A stretch of 20,000 nucleotides of DNA, taken from the IMG/VR virus record IMGVR_UViG_3300006145_000002; one strand, written 5' to 3'. The position numbers were made by a program, and so were the translations under genes. Positions 9,155-16,435 of the stretch are shown here, in pieces. Position 1 is the first letter of the stretch, and every line of letters starts with the position of its first letter. Under the pieces are notes generated by a model. That model worked only from the letters and a program-made list of their open reading frames with translations, was not told the origin of the DNA and did no database searches. This stretch comes from an uncultured virus (IMG/VR IMGVR_UViG_3300006145_000002). Taxonomy: Duplodnaviria > Heunggongvirae > Uroviricota > Caudoviricetes.

Positions 9155-9628
9155 TTATACCTCTTGAATTTCATTGTGGTTTTCCATCCACTCTTTATAT
9201 GACCGTTTAATATTGGCGATTGCTAATACAGCACGATTGTTTTCATATTCAGGATGTTCCTTACAATGATTTTCATAATAGTCGATTGCTGTAATTGCCT
9301 CAATATAATCTTCCATAGTATGTGGTAAATCACGAAGAAGCTCACGATTAAAGCGCAGAATTTGTGTGCGGCGAAGATCAGCAGTACGTTTATCATCGGT
9401 ATAAATATGTTCATCAAGTCGTTTTCTTGTTTCTGCTTGAGCTGTTTCCATTTTATCTAATTTATCTATTACATCTTTATTGATGATTTTCCCTAATGCC
9501 CGTCCAAGCGATGACCAGGGATTAAGTTTAATTTTAGACACTTCTAAGAATGTTGAGAGAATAGCAACGACAATAACACAATAGCTGACCAGTTGCCCAA
9601 GTTGAATATCTGCAACTTTTTCTAACAT
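9155..9628 (-). CDS. Lysis-module membrane protein (N-terminal TM, coiled-coil-like segment)
   Basis: Hydrophobic N-terminus, KIKLNPWSSL motif, last gene of the lysis cassette. Confidence 0.7.
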   Translation of the reverse strand: MLEKVADIQLGQLVSYCVIVVAILSTFLEVSKIKLNPWSSLGRALGKIINKDVIDKLDKMETAQAETRKRLDEHIYTDDKRTADLRRTQILRFNRELLRDLPHTMEDYIEAITAIDYYENHCKEHPEYENNRAVLAIANIKRSYKEWMENHNEIQEV

Positions 9629-9656
9629 TGGATCACCTGCCTTTCTCTAATCTTTC

Positions 9657-9989
9657 TCATTCAGAGTCCGTAGAAATTTCAGTGCTAACTTCTGGAGCAG
9701 CTACTTGGTTTGCATCGTAAATAGTAGTGCTTTTTACGATAGTTACACCACTACCCTCAACGACCTCAATGGCATCCTGAACATTTTCGATTGCATTTTT
9801 AATACTTTCAGCATCAATCTTGCCCTCAGTAACAATATAAGTAACAACAGACATAACAGACACAACAGCACCAGCGACAGTGCTAATGACGGTTTCATCT
9901 AATCCAAAAACCATTGCTAAACCAGCCACAACACCCGCTACAGCAGCCCATAATTTACGACTCGACAACTTACGTACCATGTTATTCAT
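9657..9989 (-). CDS. Holin-like protein
   Basis: KLSSRKLWAAVAG, two TM segments, YIVTEGKID. AAGGAGG RBS before ATG 9989. Confidence 0.8.
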   Translation of the reverse strand: MNNMVRKLSSRKLWAAVAGVVAGLAMVFGLDETVISTVAGAVVSVMSVVTYIVTEGKIDAESIKNAIENVQDAIEVVEGSGVTIVKSTTIYDANQVAAPEVSTEISTDSE

Positions 9990-10000
9990 AATCAACCTCC

Positions 10001-10354
10001 TTAAATTTGTGGACTTTCTTCAAAGTCATTCTCTACAAAACCAGCAGCTTCAGCAGCGGCAAATTTAATTCCTACACCGTTAGCACCTGTGTTTTCGTGT
10101 TCACTCTTACGTACAATACTGTTCAATACAATACTTGCCGCTGTACCCATTGGAGCAAATACAGCAGTATAACACGCCAAAGCACCCATGTACTGATACT
10201 CAATACTTTTTAACGCAAGATAAAACCCACCCACAAGACCAGCACATAAAAATGCCATAATCAAAAGGGCGAGTAGGTTTGTAAATCCGATATGAAATCT
10301 TTTTTTGCGTCTACGTTTGGTTTTCTTTTTTCCCCGCTCTACCCTAATGATCAT
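10001..10354 (-). CDS. Membrane protein, possible holin or antiholin
   Basis: Strongly basic N-terminus followed by two TM segments. Lies between the endolysin and the holin. Confidence 0.65.
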   Translation of the reverse strand: MIIRVERGKKKTKRRRKKRFHIGFTNLLALLIMAFLCAGLVGGFYLALKSIEYQYMGALACYTAVFAPMGTAASIVLNSIVRKSEHENTGANGVGIKFAAAEAAGFVENDFEESPQI

Positions 10355-10357
10355 AAT

Positions 10358-11818
10358 TTACACCTTACCAATCATTTTAGCAAAGCGATAGAACAATGCC
10401 GCTGCCTGTTCACGTGTCAACTGATCTGCCCACATATAGTTAGGTGTGCCGTCAGACAATGTACCACCGCCAGCAATTAATCCACAGCTAATTGCCCAAT
10501 CACGTGCTTCTTGACTCCACGTACCGCAATCATTATCTTGCAATTCCTTACGCTGTTCTGCCATAACATTTTTACAAATTTCCTTAACCTGTGCTTCAGT
10601 CATATCATCATCCTCCATTTCATTTGTTGTTTGTTGATCAAGTAGAGCAGCTACATCATTACGAACGTCATTCATTGTTTTACCGAACTTCGGGAACCAA
10701 TGTAATACGTCACCATGATTAGAACCTAACCCAAGCTGATAACTGTCTTGATGACACAAAATTGTTGGTACATTGATTTTCCCATACTTAACAGTTCCAT
10801 GCGGATTAATGTTAAACATTTTACAAAGATAAGCTGTAATTTCACACGCTTCTTTATAAACCTTATTAAAATAGTCCCGGTCATTCAAAGCATCTTCACA
10901 AATTTCAAACTGAATCCAATTATCGTTACAAGAACCATACTGTCCACTGGCACAGCCCCAAGGCCGATAGTTCCAAGGCATTGTTTGAATCGTAGTCACT
11001 GATCCATCGGCAAGTTTACCAATCCAACAATTCAACCCGGCCTGTATAGATACATGATTCCAGTCATTTCCGTTAGTGTTCTTTCCAAGTAACTGCATTA
11101 ACTGAGCATAGTTCGGATCATCAGCACTTGGTTGAACATATCGCCGCAGATTAGGATTATTGGCTCCTGTACTATGCCACAGAACTCCCTTTACTTCCAT
11201 AATTCTTGTCTGTTTATAACAAGTGCTATTTGTCATCATACATTGGAGTGGTTTATTCTTTTCCGAGTATTTCATCAAACTCCCTCCTTGTCTTGTAGTT
11301 ATAACATATTCGTCATAGTAATTCTGACTATATGCAGCACGTTTAGTCTGAACTTCTTCACTTTGATTTGCTGGTCTTTCATAATTCAACAACATTGCAT
11401 TAGAAGCCTGTAACACAGAAGTTGCAGTTTTTAAAACATTTAATACAGCAGGATAACTTGTACATAATTCTTGATAGAAGAATTCAAGTTGTGCTTCAGT
11501 ATCACCAATAGATACCTTTCTTTCTTTTGCAAGATTTAAATAATTCTGTTTACGACTCCAATATGTCAACTGGAACAATCCATATCCTGCTCCATCGTGA
11601 ACAAAATTCGTATATGTGCCGTTATCAACTGCATCAGTATATTGCTGATCCGTCATGCCAAATTTCTTTTCAAAGGTGTTTTGTAAATTCTTTGGATTCA
11701 AACCAGATTCAGCGAATATATTACCCAACACTCCAGCGATACCAAAATCATTTAAACCTTTACTTCTAAGAAAATTTATAATTTGCTCAATAATTGTTGC
11801 ACCAATTAAAGCCATCAC
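10358..11818 (-). CDS. Modular endolysin: phage-tail-lysozyme-like domain, Amidase_2 domain and SLH-like wall-binding domain
   Basis: GIAGVLGNIFAESGLNP...GYGLFQLT...NYERPA; then LWHSTG, IQFEICE, LCH and HGD; then C-terminal WSQEARDWA..GLI.G...TREQAAALFYR. Confidence 0.9.
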   Translation of the reverse strand: MMALIGATIIEQIINFLRSKGLNDFGIAGVLGNIFAESGLNPKNLQNTFEKKFGMTDQQYTDAVDNGTYTNFVHDGAGYGLFQLTYWSRKQNYLNLAKERKVSIGDTEAQLEFFYQELCTSYPAVLNVLKTATSVLQASNAMLLNYERPANQSEEVQTKRAAYSQNYYDEYVITTRQGGSLMKYSEKNKPLQCMMTNSTCYKQTRIMEVKGVLWHSTGANNPNLRRYVQPSADDPNYAQLMQLLGKNTNGNDWNHVSIQAGLNCWIGKLADGSVTTIQTMPWNYRPWGCASGQYGSCNDNWIQFEICEDALNDRDYFNKVYKEACEITAYLCKMFNINPHGTVKYGKINVPTILCHQDSYQLGLGSNHGDVLHWFPKFGKTMNDVRNDVAALLDQQTTNEMEDDDMTEAQVKEICKNVMAEQRKELQDNDCGTWSQEARDWAISCGLIAGGGTLSDGTPNYMWADQLTREQAAALFYRFAKMIGKV

Positions 11819-11830
11819 ATCACCTCCAAC

Positions 11831-12253
11831 TCAAATTAACTGATAATGTGGCCTTTCTTCACTAAAAAGCCAGTATCGCAAATAATCATCAACGATAATT
11901 GCTATAGCAGATAAAATAATCCAAGCAAAGAAAAATGGCAAACAAATCTGTCCCCAAAGATTAAACGGCATATTAGAATAATCCCATATATTCAGACCAA
12001 GTTTGAGGTTTAATACACAACCAGAAGCCAATTCCATGAACGTTACAAAACAGGCTCCAATAATTGATTGCTGAACAATTCCTAATGTCCAAGGAAAGTA
12101 TTCGTTAATTGCTCCAATGCCAATAAAGCAGATACCACCGACAAAGAACATTGATATATGGCTATATCCACGCCAAAGTATTTCAATACAAAAATAGGTC
12201 ATGCCACCGATTAACAGTAGCACGACCATCTTTAAAGCATTTTTATTTTTCAT
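11831..12253 (-). CDS. Four-TM membrane protein (CmpB/ABC-transporter type IV-like, common in phage late regions)
   Basis: GGMTYFCIEILWRGYSHISMF, WDYSNMPFNLWGQICL. Confidence 0.75.
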   Translation of the reverse strand: MKNKNALKMVVLLLIGGMTYFCIEILWRGYSHISMFFVGGICFIGIGAINEYFPWTLGIVQQSIIGACFVTFMELASGCVLNLKLGLNIWDYSNMPFNLWGQICLPFFFAWIILSAIAIIVDDYLRYWLFSEERPHYQLI

Positions 12254-12660
12254 TTTGCACCTACCAACTTTGAAATGTATTGGAGATCGAATAAAGGCGC
12301 ATTATAAAATTCATAGTTCCAAAGCCAATGATCGGCAAAATCAGAACGCTTATATTTTTGACATACAGGATCGGCCCAAACTTTGTCCCATCTTTCTTGA
12401 TATGTAATATCATATTCTTTCCGCTCCAGACGCTTGATAATTGTTTGTGTTAAGCGGCCTCTCTCCAGCCCATTACCATCATCATTTTGCGAAAAATAGT
12501 CAAAAGCATCCTGACTTGCAACAAAGCAAATAATTCCTTTATCACAAACAATATGACTGTTTACAGCAATACACTCTGTTCCATAAGGAATGTTTACATT
12601 GCCACACTGAGCCAATTTCTTATATCGTTTTGTCACAACATATTTATTATAAATTTGCAT
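12250..12660 (-). CDS. Conserved-looking hypothetical protein downstream of the DGR RT
   Basis: AAGGAG RBS, 136 aa, Trp-rich C-terminus, stop overlaps the next start. Confidence 0.75.
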   Translation of the reverse strand: MQIYNKYVVTKRYKKLAQCGNVNIPYGTECIAVNSHIVCDKGIICFVASQDAFDYFSQNDDGNGLERGRLTQTIIKRLERKEYDITYQERWDKVWADPVCQKYKRSDFADHWLWNYEFYNAPLFDLQYISKLVGAK

Positions 12661-12681
12661 TCACACAATCTCCTTTTATTT

Positions 12682-13305
12682 TTAGTCTTTAATGTTTACT
12701 GAACCACCAGAAAGTGTAGTAAGAATTTTCCGAATCTGTGCCTGTGCTGTTACAATATTTTCCTGCATTATAGCAGCCAAATCCTGCGGTAATTCCATAC
12801 CATAAGTAATACCAGCCAAAGTTTCAACATCATCTGTCCGATTTACCAAAACACGAAGCATATTATTATATGTAGTGTGATATGTAATCATAGACTGAGC
12901 AGCAACATAAATTGCTACAATATCATTCTTAGTGTATGTAGTACACTCTTTACCATCAGCATGATACGGATATTCCTCTACACCAGCCATTACCGAATAA
13001 AACATATTAGTAATATTATTCTGGTCATAGCTATCCAAAGAAAAGTGTTCGGTAGTATCTCCGCTATTAGATGTTATTACATCAACACCAGCCTCGATTG
13101 CATTATTGCAGACATTACGAAGTTCATTTAATTTACCTGTTCGCAGCAAAGTCATAGTCTCATCTGTAACAGGATTTTCCTCTGTAGTAGGAAAGATGGT
13201 CAAATAATCAGCAACAGTAATTTTACAATTTGCCAGCAATTCATCAACCTGTTCCTTACACCACAAAGCAGGATAATATTTCTGAACCATTTCTAAAGCT
13301 GTCAT
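12682..13305 (-). CDS. Tail-fibre-associated protein (XkdX-like N-terminus plus DUF4376-like domain)
   Basis: VQKYYPALWCKEQV...KITVADY, then KLNELRNVCNNAIEAG, HFSLDSYDQNN, YHADGKEC and ITYHTTY. GGAGG RBS. Confidence 0.65.
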   Translation of the reverse strand: MTALEMVQKYYPALWCKEQVDELLANCKITVADYLTIFPTTEENPVTDETMTLLRTGKLNELRNVCNNAIEAGVDVITSNSGDTTEHFSLDSYDQNNITNMFYSVMAGVEEYPYHADGKECTTYTKNDIVAIYVAAQSMITYHTTYNNMLRVLVNRTDDVETLAGITYGMELPQDLAAIMQENIVTAQAQIRKILTTLSGGSVNIKD

Positions 13306-13318
13306 ATTTCATCCTCCC

Positions 13319-13579
13319 TTAAACCATATTTGCCATTAAACGCATATAGTCAAGTTCCGCAGTTCGTTCAACCTCACTATCCAGTTCAAAAACTGCAACT
13401 TGTTCGCAATCCTTATAGTTGTCCGAATTGATAATAGCATAAGTGATTCCACCAGCCACAATAGCTTCTGCTTCACTTTTTGGGCATTCAATACTGGTAT
13501 TGGTTTCTGTTACTTTACGCACAAAAACTACCTTTTGAAATACGCCCACCAACTTCTCGCCAGACATTAACTTATACAT
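13319..13579 (-). CDS. Small tail-assembly-like protein (XkdW-like C-terminus)
   Basis: AAGGAGG RBS before ATG 13579, overlapping the RT stop. Ends in AELDYMRLMANMV. Confidence 0.65.
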   Translation of the reverse strand: MYKLMSGEKLVGVFQKVVFVRKVTETNTSIECPKSEAEAIVAGGITYAIINSDNYKDCEQVAVFELDSEVERTAELDYMRLMANMV

Positions 13580-14987
13580 CGTCATCCTCCTTATCATAAA
13601 AATTTTCACGAATTTCCCTTAATAAGTCAAACGCTTCAGCACTTTTACTTCTATTTTTCATGCGATAGTCCCAGCGATTAACCAAAGGAATAAACCCATT
13701 CATATAACGTTCATATTGTGTACGATCCAATTCTTCCATTTTGGCCTCATACTCTTTGGGAGATGTAAAGTAGAACCATCCAATCTCATAATTCCATCTT
13801 GCATCTAAAGTACATTTGAATTTCTTATCCCATTCAGCCAATTCATTCTCAAACAATTTAACAAAGTATAAATCCATACTATGTACTGTTTTATAACTAT
13901 CACATCTTGCAGCGTGTGATCTCCATGATTGATAAGACGTAAATACATCTTCTGCGCTCATCTTACCATCATCAACCCAACCACGAAAAATCTTTAATTT
14001 ACGCCGAATAGACTTAATACTATTTCGACTTAATTTGATAAGCACTTTTCCAGTAGGTTCTAATCGAACACGCATTTTCAAAAATTTGAAACTATGATTT
14101 TTGAATGGAGTTATTTTGCACTTCTTTTCATTTAGTTCAATTTTCATCTCATTAGAAAGTTCAACTAAAGTATCATGTAGTCCTCGCAAAAACTCCAAAG
14201 AATCACTTATTACATATCCATCATCCATATATCTTGCATAACCATGAACGCCAAGTTTATCTTTGATATAATGGTCAATCGGACTGGCGTAATCTAAAGC
14301 AATATTTTGTGATACTTGACTACCTAATCCAACGCCACAGGGATCATCTGGATCATGCTCCACACCGCCTAATTCAATAAAGTCATCAATTAATTGACAA
14401 CCAATCTCTTGTAACTTAGGATCAAGGATATGCTTCTTTAAACGTTCTTTCGCTTTATCGTGTGGTATTGAAGCGAAATATCCATGAAAATCAAATTGAT
14501 AAATTCCACCCTCCAGACCAAATAAACGATAATGATGATGTAAGAATTCAACAAGTCTTTTTAGAGTCATATCCATTCCCTTGCCGGGTAGACTTGCGCT
14601 ATTATCGTAAATAAAACTTCTGGAATAGGCTTCTGTCATGATTTCATCACAATAACATTTTTGAACACTACGATCTTGAATAACCAAAGAATTAATATCA
14701 CGCTCTTTACCATGTTCAACAGTTTTGAAATGTTTGAAACCACCTGATTCATATGTGCCATTGAGAACTCGTTCTTGCAAAGAATCAGTCTGCGTCAAAA
14801 GCACTGACTTGAAATTGATAGTAGAGGTTTTCCAGTTCACTCCTTCGCAGCAGCTTTCACCAGCGTCCCACATTTTATCAAATTCAAACACATCCTCAAA
14901 TGCCTTGCCGCAGACCAACCTTGCTTTTTCTTCTCGTTCTCTTTTACGCTTTTCGTATCTTTTCTGTTTTCTTTCCTCGCTTGTCAT
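13572..14987 (-). CDS. DGR reverse transcriptase
   Basis: GKERDI, DRSVQK, FIYDNSAS..GKG, DFHGYFASIPH, GVGLGSQVSQ (DGR-type SQ motif), YARYMDD and FLK. Adjacent TR and avd. Probable start is MTSEER at 14987 (ORF track starts at 15053). Confidence 0.95.
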   Translation of the reverse strand: MTSEERKQKRYEKRKREREEKARLVCGKAFEDVFEFDKMWDAGESCCEGVNWKTSTINFKSVLLTQTDSLQERVLNGTYESGGFKHFKTVEHGKERDINSLVIQDRSVQKCYCDEIMTEAYSRSFIYDNSASLPGKGMDMTLKRLVEFLHHHYRLFGLEGGIYQFDFHGYFASIPHDKAKERLKKHILDPKLQEIGCQLIDDFIELGGVEHDPDDPCGVGLGSQVSQNIALDYASPIDHYIKDKLGVHGYARYMDDGYVISDSLEFLRGLHDTLVELSNEMKIELNEKKCKITPFKNHSFKFLKMRVRLEPTGKVLIKLSRNSIKSIRRKLKIFRGWVDDGKMSAEDVFTSYQSWRSHAARCDSYKTVHSMDLYFVKLFENELAEWDKKFKCTLDARWNYEIGWFYFTSPKEYEAKMEELDRTQYERYMNGFIPLVNRWDYRMKNRSKSAEAFDLLREIRENFYDKEDDDV

Positions 14988-15429
14988 ATTGCCAAAGAAC
15001 AAATCCTTTCCGTATAGCCTTATCATCCACTGGCGAATACGTCTACGCATCACAACCGTATCCGTTGGCAGTTTCCGATGCTGATTTACTAAGCTACGTA
15101 ACTATGCACCTATGAAATTTAAGGGAGCAACGTGCCACGGATCATTAGCCGAAGCCAATTACCGCAAGAAGGAAACGGGATGCTACTTCCTTCCGACACA
15201 CCGCTCAAATCAGCAAAATGTCAATAAACCATGCAAGCAGCGTCCAGATGCAAGTATCGAAAAAGTATTTTAGGATGCCATCAGGCAGAGCCACGGCATA
15301 CATCCTCCTTCTGAAATAACGGATATTGTGTTCGCCAGTAAAGGCCAGTATTTTTCAGCCTATAAGGGCTACTAAGTCTAATCCAAGTTTGTGTACTAAA
15401 TTTGATGCACCACAAACAGCTTCAAGAAT
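14988..15429 (-). ncRNA. Spacer of the DGR RNA (TR 3' flank), structured
   Basis: No credible ORF. Stems at 15387-15417, 15272-15306 and 15168-15193. Its position between TR and RT matches the DGR spacer. Confidence 0.55.
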
Positions 15430-15553
15430 CCGGGGCGACCCCATTGGAATAGCCAGAGTAGGAGTCACCCGCCGCTCCAGAAGTGTTGACATTGCAAAAA
15501 TTGTTCGTGTTGCCAGCATTCACAGAGCGCAGCCACCAATTCGCAGGGGTTTT
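15430..15553 (-). repeat. DGR template repeat (TR)
   Basis: 124-nt ungapped match to 16450-16573 with 22 mismatches, 17 at TR adenines. Eight AAY codons. Non-coding, between avd and RT. Confidence 0.95.
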
Positions 15554-15579
15554 ATCAGGATGTAACCGTTGTCGGCAAT

Positions 15580-16221
15580 TTATTTTTCAGAGTCATCTAC
15601 ATCAAAAATATCTTCTGATAAAACAACCTCACTTTCAATCGCAGTATCATTTATTTCATCCTTCTTCTTGGGTTTAGGTTTACCATCACGCTTGATGTAC
15701 TCCCAAAGTTCTTGTTTAAGATAATCCAAGAACTCACAGAAGAATTTGAAATTAATAAGTTTACTCCAAGATTTCTTATTCTGATATTTTTTGTAACGTT
15801 TCTTATCAGATTCAATGATTCCTTTTACCAGAGCCGCTTCGTAGTTCAAAAGCCTCGCCCATTCTTTAAAGATTCCAGATGTTTTCTTCTTATCACCAAG
15901 AAAATTATTTCCTTTTAGCACCAACGAAAATGTCACAGTAAGCAAACCACTTAATGCGAAAATTGCGGATCGTGCTTTTGCGAAATATTTTTCTCGAAGA
16001 TTAAATTCTGTTTCCATCATATTATTATGAATATAGATGGAATTAGCCCGTAATACATCTTCATGAATTTCCAACGCAAGCCGGGTAATATCGTTGGTCA
16101 GACAAAACCTGTAAGATTTTGGGAACTTCTTAACTTGTTCCAGCGTATATGTAGCTAATTGTTGTGCTACTCGAATGAATTCAGCTTTTGATTCATTGCG
16201 CTTAGAAGCGTAGACAGACAT
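15580..16221 (-). CDS. avd: DGR accessory variability determinant (Avd-like four-helix bundle)
   Basis: MSVYASKRNES...KFPKSYRFCL...RANSIY...R..Y...A...W...SDKKRY. GGGAGG RBS before ATG 16221. Immediately upstream of TR. Confidence 0.88.
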   Translation of the reverse strand: MSVYASKRNESKAEFIRVAQQLATYTLEQVKKFPKSYRFCLTNDITRLALEIHEDVLRANSIYIHNNMMETEFNLREKYFAKARSAIFALSGLLTVTFSLVLKGNNFLGDKKKTSGIFKEWARLLNYEAALVKGIIESDKKRYKKYQNKKSWSKLINFKFFCEFLDYLKQELWEYIKRDGKPKPKKKDEINDTAIESEVVLSEDIFDVDDSEK

Positions 16222-16284
16222 TGATGATCCTCCCATTTATCATATTTAGATTATTTGCCCCACATCTAAGCAGACATGAGATTG

Positions 16285-16348
16285 TTTTCTCAACCCGCCC
16301 TTTATGTTAGCAGATTGCTTTCTCATTGTCAAGGGCAAATTGAGAAAA
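16285..16348 (-). promoter_or_regulatory. Sigma-A promoter for avd-TR-RT, boxed by an 18-bp imperfect inverted repeat
   Basis: On the - strand: TTGACA (16332-16327), 17 bp, TGc-TAACAT (16309-16304). Arms 16285-16302 and 16331-16348 match at 15/18. Confidence 0.75.
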
Positions 16349-16376
16349 TTTTCTAAGTTAAGGGGGTAAACCGTTC

Positions 16377-16423
16377 ATCCCCCTTATCTGTCCCGGCTTA
16401 CGCCTTAGACAAGATAGGGGGAT
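16377..16423 (-). other. Hairpin 3' of VR (candidate DGR target-recognition cruciform and/or terminator)
   Basis: ATCCCCCTTATCTGTC pairs with GACAAGATAGGGGGAT (two bulges), with an inner GGC-TTAC-GCC stem. Begins 12 nt after the target stop codon. Confidence 0.7.
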
Positions 16424-16435
16424 TCACTGATTAGC

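Noticed and set aside
13572..15429. RT plus upstream structured RNA as a group II intron or retron
   Set aside because: The TR/VR pair with adenine-biased mismatches, the adjacent avd and the LGSQVSQ motif indicate a DGR. There is no YADD motif and no interrupted host gene.
15326..15677. + strand ORFs over TR (79 aa and 64 aa)
   Set aside because: They are antisense to the DGR transcript and have no recognisable RBS or motifs.
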